From Octopus sinensis (Eukaryota): a stretch of DNA of 14,628 nt. Positions 9,611 to 14,628 of this stretch are shown here, in pieces. Every line of letters starts with the position of its first letter. Within the stretch, counting starts at the first letter, position 1. The stretch spans positions 1-14,628 of the forward strand of contig NW_021825884.1 of the NCBI RefSeq assembly GCF_006345805.1, given 5' to 3'. The notes under the pieces were generated by a model. That model saw nothing but the letters and a program-made list of their open reading frames with translations. It had not been told where the DNA came from and ran no database searches. Both the position numbers and the translations under genes were made by a program.

Positions 9611-9956
9611 CATACATATATACGACAGGCTTCTTTCAGTTTCCGTCTACCAAATCCACTCACAAGGCTTTGTTCGGCCCGGGGCTATAGCAGAAGACAC
9701 TTGCCCAAGATGCCACGCAGTGGGACTGAACCCGGAACCATGTGGTTGGTAAGCAAGCTACTTACCACACAGCCACTCCTACACCTATAATATATACAAC
9801 AGGCTTCTTTCAGTTTCCGTCTACCAAATCCACTCACAAGGCTTTGGTCGGCCCGGGGCTATAGTAGAAGACACTTGCCCAAGATGCCACGCAGTGGGAC
9901 TGAACCCGGAAACATGTGGTTGGTTAGCAAGCTACTTACCACACAGCCACTCCTGC
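9236..9956 (-). mobile_element. Family A SINE composite: duplicated 137-bp 3' segment, full body, and an extra head unit
   Basis: TTTTACTTGTTTCAG at 9241 and 9378. Head ends at 9785 and again at 9956. Confidence 0.9.
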
Positions 9957-10189
9957 TATCTTTTGAAGTATTTGATTTTTACCTTTTTCTGTCGATATCG
10001 CAACGGCTTATGGAATTAAAGGTCTTGGTACTATCCACTTTGTTCTCGTTGTTGAACCTTCGCCAACAAATCTCTTCAAATCTCATGAATCTGTCTTTGG
10101 ATTCTTGTAGAATACAGGTTTGCATTTCTCTGCAGGTCAACATTGCGAATCCCAATTCCTCAATATTTCAGCCCCTTAGTAGTTTAAGT

Positions 10190-10562
10190 GGGATCTTTTC
10201 GGTTTGAACGAAAATGAAAATGTCCTTCGTTTAAGAAACAGTTTGGGTTTATTTACATTTGTGAAGAAAAAAGATACCCTTCCTCCACCCCTAACCCTAA
10301 CCCAACCCTAACGGATCTTTTCGGTTTGAACGGCAGTTTTTTAAAAATAATTTCTAGTTAACTAAACACTTGTAAACTTCGTATACTGGTAGAATGTGTT
10401 TATAAAACATCTTTTTCTCTTGGCTTTATTAAGAAAATTCTATAGTTTGTAAGATATTTGTTGTTTTTTCTTCTTCAATTTCTGCAATTTCAACCAATCA
10501 AATACATCTATTGAGGTAAAAAACATTCTGTGCCGTATGAATATGTCCCACGTTTAAGAAAC
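10190..10562 (+). mobile_element. Rearranged, non-amplified copy of the MITE-like element that seeds the 145-bp satellite
   Basis: Order is terminus (10190-10210), distal segment with CCCTAA repeats (10220-10312), then terminus plus one satellite monomer plus the proximal body (10313-10562). Confidence 0.85.
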
Positions 10563-10792
10563 TCTCCCCCTCCCTCTCCCTCTCTCCATCTCTCTCTTCC
10601 TCTCTCTCCCCCTCTCTCTCCCTCTCTTCTATTTTCTCTCTCTAGTCTTTTTCTCTTACACTCAAAGCCTCACTCTTCCCCCCACTGTTCTCTCCATCTC
10701 ATTCTCGCCCTCCTACTCTCTTCTACTCTCTCACATTCTAGTCTCCTTTCTCTTCCTACAACTCTGTCCTCCCTCATTCTCCGAGGTTCGTT
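10563..10792 (+). repeat. CT-rich polypyrimidine low-complexity tract
   Basis: About 230 bp almost devoid of G, ending about 30 bp upstream of the exon 3 acceptor. Confidence 0.9.
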
Positions 10793-10821
10793 ACAAGTCC
10801 GAATTTACTTTCTATTTTCAG

Positions 10822-10973
10822 GTGGAACTTCGGCTCAAGAGAGAATCTGCTGAGGATGTATTATTCTTTTTCAATGGAACAGAGACGAATTCGACATCGT
10901 GGTTCCAGAAAGATAAATTCTTTCCAAATCTGTCTCACTCTATGGAACCGTTGATTATGACTTTCAATGCGAA
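10822..10973 (+). CDS. Coding exon 3 (VELRLKRESAEDVLFFFNGTETNSTSWFQKDKFFPNLSHSMEPLIMTFNA)
   Basis: Acceptor TTTACTTTCTATTTTCAG ends at 10821, with phase-0 entry matching exon 2. The frame is open and carries N-glycosylation sequons (NGT, NST, NLS). Phase-2 donor GTATAT at 10974. Confidence 0.75.
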
Positions 10974-11082
10974 GTATATATTATCTCTTCTTAACTCATA
11001 ATTAATATCTTTAATTATTTAATAATTGTTCTTTTGAACACTTTCACGGTGTATATATAAGAGGAAAGTTCACAGTTTCATA

Positions 11083-11192
11083 GGCGCAGGAGTGGCTGCG
11101 TGGTAAGTACCCTGCTTACCAGTCACATGGTTCTGGATTCAGTCCCATTGCGTGGCACCTTGGGCAAGTGTCTTCTACTAAAGCCTCGGGCC
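11083..11192 (+). mobile_element. Family A SINE head/core fragment
   Basis: GGCGCAGGAGTGGCTGCGTGG...GGCACCTTGGGCAAGTGTCTTCTAC, truncated at GCCTCGGGCC. Confidence 0.88.
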
Positions 11193-11658
11193 TCGCCCGG
11201 TCTGAGATTCGAACCCGCGATCCCTTGACCGTGAGTCCGCCGCTCTAACCACTAGGCCATGTGCCTCCACAAGATGCAGGAAGAAAGAGTGAGAGAAAGT
11301 TGTGGCGAAAGAGTCAGCAGAAGTTTCGCCATTACCTTCTGCCGGAACCGCGTGGAGCTTAGGTGTTTCGCTCATAAAAACACACCTCGCCCGGTCTGAG
11401 ATTCGAACCCGCGATCCCTTGACCGTGAGTCCGCCGCTCTAACCACTAGGCCATGTGCCTCCACAAGATGCAGGAAGAAAGAGTGAGAGAAAGTTGTGGC
11501 GAAAGAGTCAGCAGAAGTTTCGCCATTACCTTCTGCCGGAACCGCGTGGAGCTTAGGTGTTTCGCTCATAAAAACACACCTCGCCCGGTCTGAGATTCGA
11601 ACCCGCGATCCCTTGACCGTGAGTCCGCCTCTCTAACCACTAGGCCGTGTGCCTCCAC
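11192..11658 (-). mobile_element. Tandem array (~2.4 units, 194 bp) of a family B-related SINE 5' half (B')
   Basis: Minus-strand head GTGGAGGCACATGGCCTAGTGG...GGGTTCGAATCTC (A and B boxes). Head ends at 11270, 11464 and 11658. Confidence 0.88.
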
Positions 11659-11722
11659 ACCTATGAGAGATGAAGTGATAAACTCATTGATTTATTTAAA
11701 CAGCACTGATTATTGTAAATAC

Positions 11723-12521
11723 GGGGAGGCGCAATGGCCCAGTGGTTAGGGCAGCGGACTTGCGGTCATAGGATCGCGGTTTCGATTCCCAGACCGGGCG
11801 TTGTGAGTGTTTATTGAGCGAAAATACCTAAAAGAGTTCCACGAGGCTCTGACAGGGGATGGTGGTGATCCCTGCTGTACTCTTTCACCACAACTTTCTC
11901 TCGCACTCTTACTTCCTGTTTCTGTTGTACCTGTATTTCAAAGGGCCGGCCTTGTCACTCTCTGCGTTACGCTGAATATCCCCGAGAACTACGTTAAGGG
12001 TGCACGTGTCTGTGGAGTGCTCAGCCACTTACACGTTAATTTCACGAGCAGGCTGTTCCGTTGATTCGGATCAACCGGAACCCTCGTCGTCGTAAGCGAC
12101 GGAGTGCTTCCACTTCCTGTTTCTGTTGTACCTGTATTTCAAGGGGCCGGCCTTGTCACTCTCTGTGTCACGCTGAATATCCCCGAGAACTACGTTAAGG
12201 GTGCACGTGTCTGTGGAGTGCTCAGCCACTTACACGTTAATTTCACGAGCAGGCTGTTCCGTTGATTCGGATCAACCGGAACCCTCGTCCGTCGTACCGA
12301 CGGAGTGCTTCCACTTCCGTTTTTTCTGTTGTACCTGTATTTCAAGGGGCCGGCTTGTCAATCTCTGTGTCACGCTGAATATCCCCGAGAACTACGTTAA
12401 GGGTGCACGTGTCTGTGGAGTGCTCAGCCACTTACACGTTAATTTCACGAGCAGGCTGTTCCGTTGATTCGGATCAACCGGAACGCTCGTCGTCGTAACC
12501 GACGGAGTGCTTCCATTCCCC
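11723..12521 (+). mobile_element. Family B SINE with triplicated 201-bp 3' segment, bracketed by an 11-bp TSD
   Basis: ACTTCC unit starts at 11911, 12112 and 12313. ATTGTAAATAC occurs at 11712-11722 and 12522-12532. Confidence 0.9.
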
Positions 12522-12591
12522 ATTGTAAATACAGTTGTAAAATCTTTCCTTGTGATTTTTATTGAATTTATCAATTGTAATTTTTTTGTAG

Positions 12592-12698
12592 TTTCAGTTA
12601 CCCGAACTTTACAATCGTGTATACTGACGTGGTCCGTGTAGAAGTCAGAAGACAAACAGGATATAACGAAAAGTACGAGATACATATGAATTTTGGCG
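12592..12698 (+). CDS. Probable coding exon 4 ((N)FSYPNFTIVYTDVVRVEVRRQTGYNEKYEIHMNFG)
   Basis: Acceptor TTTTTTTGTAG ends at 12591, with an alternative in-frame AG at 12596-12597. Phase-2 entry matches exon 3, the frame is open, and there is a consensus donor G|GTGAGT at 12699. The 3' boundary is uncertain. Confidence 0.5.
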
Positions 12699-12921
12699 GT
12701 GAGTAAATTTTGGATATGAGTAAAACATATCCCATTGATTTCAATGTCAATGAATGTACGTGTGGTTTTCAAGGTTCATCGTCTCATATATATAAATCTT
12801 ATATGATTTTGATTGATTTTTCCAGTTTCAGCTAATGTGCTGTGGCCATGCAGGGGCACCGCCAAATCTTTTAAATATTATTTTGAGGCCAAAACAATGC
12901 AAGTAATAAATAAAATTAATA

Positions 12922-13310
12922 GGCGCAGGAGTGGCTGTGTGGTAAGTAGCTTGCTTACCAACCACATGGTTGCGGGTTCAGTCCCAGTGCGTGGCATCTT
13001 GGGCAAGTGTCTTCTGCTATAGCCCCGGGCCGACCAATGCCTTGTGAGTGGATTTGGTAGACGGAAACTGAAAGAAGCCTGTCATATATATGTATATATA
13101 TATTTTTTTGTGTGTCTGTGTTTGTCACCACAACATCGTTTGACAACCGATGCTGGTGTGTTTACGTCCCCGTCACTTAGTGGTTCGGCAAAAAGAGACC
13201 GATAGAATAAGTACTGGGCTTACAAAGAATAAGTCCCGGGGTCGATTTGCTCGACTAAAGGCGGTGCTCCAGCATGGCCGCAGTCAAATGACTGAAAAGA
13301 GTAAAAGAGT
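12922..13310 (+). mobile_element. tRNA-derived CORE-like SINE (family A), full length
   Basis: A-box TGGCTGTGTGG and B-box-like GGGTTCAGTCCC. The segment GGCATCTTGGGCAAGTGTCTT resembles the MIR/CORE motif GACCTTGGGCAAGT (similarity to the octopus OR2 CORE-SINE is from memory and unverified). It also has an internal AT/GT microsatellite and the tail CAGCATGGCCGCAGTCAAATGACTG. Confidence 0.9.
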
Positions 13311-13453
13311 ATATTTCAATGGTCTGACAAGAGTAAGATGGAGCAGAGTTTTGGTAGAGAAGATGCTAAACCGATGAAAATATGAAAATAATAAAAACAA
13401 AAAGCCAGTTATGCAAATGCGATCGGTGAAAGACTATAAACAGGGCTGACTAA

Positions 13454-14628
13454 TCTCTCTATATATAAAGCTGAAGTTGTCTGGGTATGGTCGGTTTGGT
13501 AGCCTTCAACTAACACTATCTCCACCGAGACCCTGCGACGCAAGTTGACCAAAATTGGGAGTATGATAGAAGAAGGCTTGCTCTTCCTTTCGTAGAAGAA
13601 AAAATTCAAATCGGACCATGTTAACACCAAAAATTATTTACATCAAAAAGGTGGTTTTTTTATCGTTATATATAAGGTAAGTTGTCTGTGTATGGCAGGT
13701 TTGGTAGCCTTTAACTACACCTATCTCCACCGAGACCCTGCGACGCAAGTTGACCAAAATTGGGAGTATGATAGAAGAAGGCTTGCTCTTCCTTTCGTAG
13801 AAGAAAAAATTCAAATCGGACCATGTTAACACCAAAAATTATTTACATCAAAAAGGTGGTTTTTTTATCGTTATATATAAAGGTGAAGTTGTCTGTGTAT
13901 GGCAGGTTTGGTAGCCTTCAACTAACACTATCTCCACCGAGACCCTGCGACGCAAGTTGACCAAAATTGGGAGTATGATAGAAGAAGGCTTGCTCTTCCT
14001 TTCGTAAAAGAAAAAATTCAAATCGGACCATGTTACACACAAAATTATTTACATAAAGAATCAAAAGGTGGTTTTTTTATCGTTATATATAAAGGTGAAG
14101 TTGTCTGTGTATGGCAGGTTTGGTAGCCTTCAACTAACACTATCTCCACCGAGACCCTGCGACGCAAGTTGACCAAAATTGGAGTATGATAGAAGAAGGC
14201 TTGCTCTTCCTTTCGTAGAAGAGAAAATTCAAATCGACCATGTTAACACCAAAAATTATTTACATCAAAAAGGTGTTTTTTTTAAAATCGTTATATATAA
14301 AGCTGAAGTTGTCTGTGTATGGTCGGTTTGGTAGCCTTCAACTAACACCATCTCCTCCGAGACCCTGTGGTGCAAATTGACCAAAATAGAGAGTATGATA
14401 GAAGAAGGCTTGCTCTTCCTTTCGTAGAAGAAAAAATTCAAATCGTACCATGTTAACACCAAAAATTATTTACATCAAAAAGGTGCTTTTTTTTTATCGT
14501 TATATATATAAAGCTGAAGTTGTCTGTGTATGGTCGGTTTGGTAGCCTTCAAACTAACACTAGCTCCTCTGAGACCCTGCGGCGCAAGTTGATCATGTTT
14601 TTTGAGAGTATGATAGAAGAAGGCTTGC
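13454..14628 (+). mobile_element. Tandem array (>=5.6 units, 205-212 bp) of a Helitron-like 5' terminal segment, running off the window end
   Basis: Starts A|TCTCTCTATATATAAAGCTGAAGTTGTCTG, resembling the 5' end of the 7120-7629 element (TCTATATATATAAAACTGTAGTTGTG). GTTGTCTG markers at 13476, 13681, 13888, 14100, 14308 and 14519. Confidence 0.7.

Noticed and set aside
11581-11800. tRNA genes
   Set aside because: A/B boxes are present, but the heads continue into SINE bodies seen in multiple copies and I could not fold a convincing acceptor stem. They are called SINE heads.
11178-12467. Duplicated ORFs 11178-11375, 11372-11569, 11807-12064 and 12201-12467
   Set aside because: They lie entirely within tandem SINE B/B' units and show no RT, endonuclease or transposase motifs.
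12813-12880. Possible exon 5 after TTTTTCCAG at 12825
   Set aside because: The following sequence (TTTCAGCTAATGTGCTGTGGCCATGCAGGGGCACCGCC) is a decayed family A SINE tail, and there is no good donor before the next SINE.
13409-14462. Repeated minus-strand ORFs (MVLTWSDLNFFFYERK...)
   Set aside because: They are by-products of the ~208-bp array, and indels between units break the frames.

Overview
AT-rich, repeat-dense eukaryotic genomic DNA. The SINE, microsatellite and TTAGGG content resembles what I recall from Octopus-type cephalopod genomes (inference, not verified). Nearly all ORFs in the supplied track are artefacts of repeats. The one credible gene is a + strand, intron-split gene. 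Exons 6741-7070, 9074-9165, 10822-10973 and probably 12592-12698 join in frame at GT-AG sites and encode a secreted glycoprotein: signal peptide, 6-Cys PAN/apple-like domain, then an uncharacterised domain. A possible non-coding 5' exon lies at 349-428. Most of the rest is mobile DNA: three tRNA-derived SINE families (A = CORE-like, B and its variant B', and C), two non-autonomous Helitron-like elements, a MITE-like element whose terminal ~145 bp is amplified into an 18-copy satellite, a 57-bp TIR element in (TA)n, and many microsatellites. The most striking pattern is that almost every element family occurs as head-to-tail multimers with 137-212 bp periods. I found no CRISPR, prokaryotic features or autonomous transposon ORF, and no firm evidence of a wholly new biological system.
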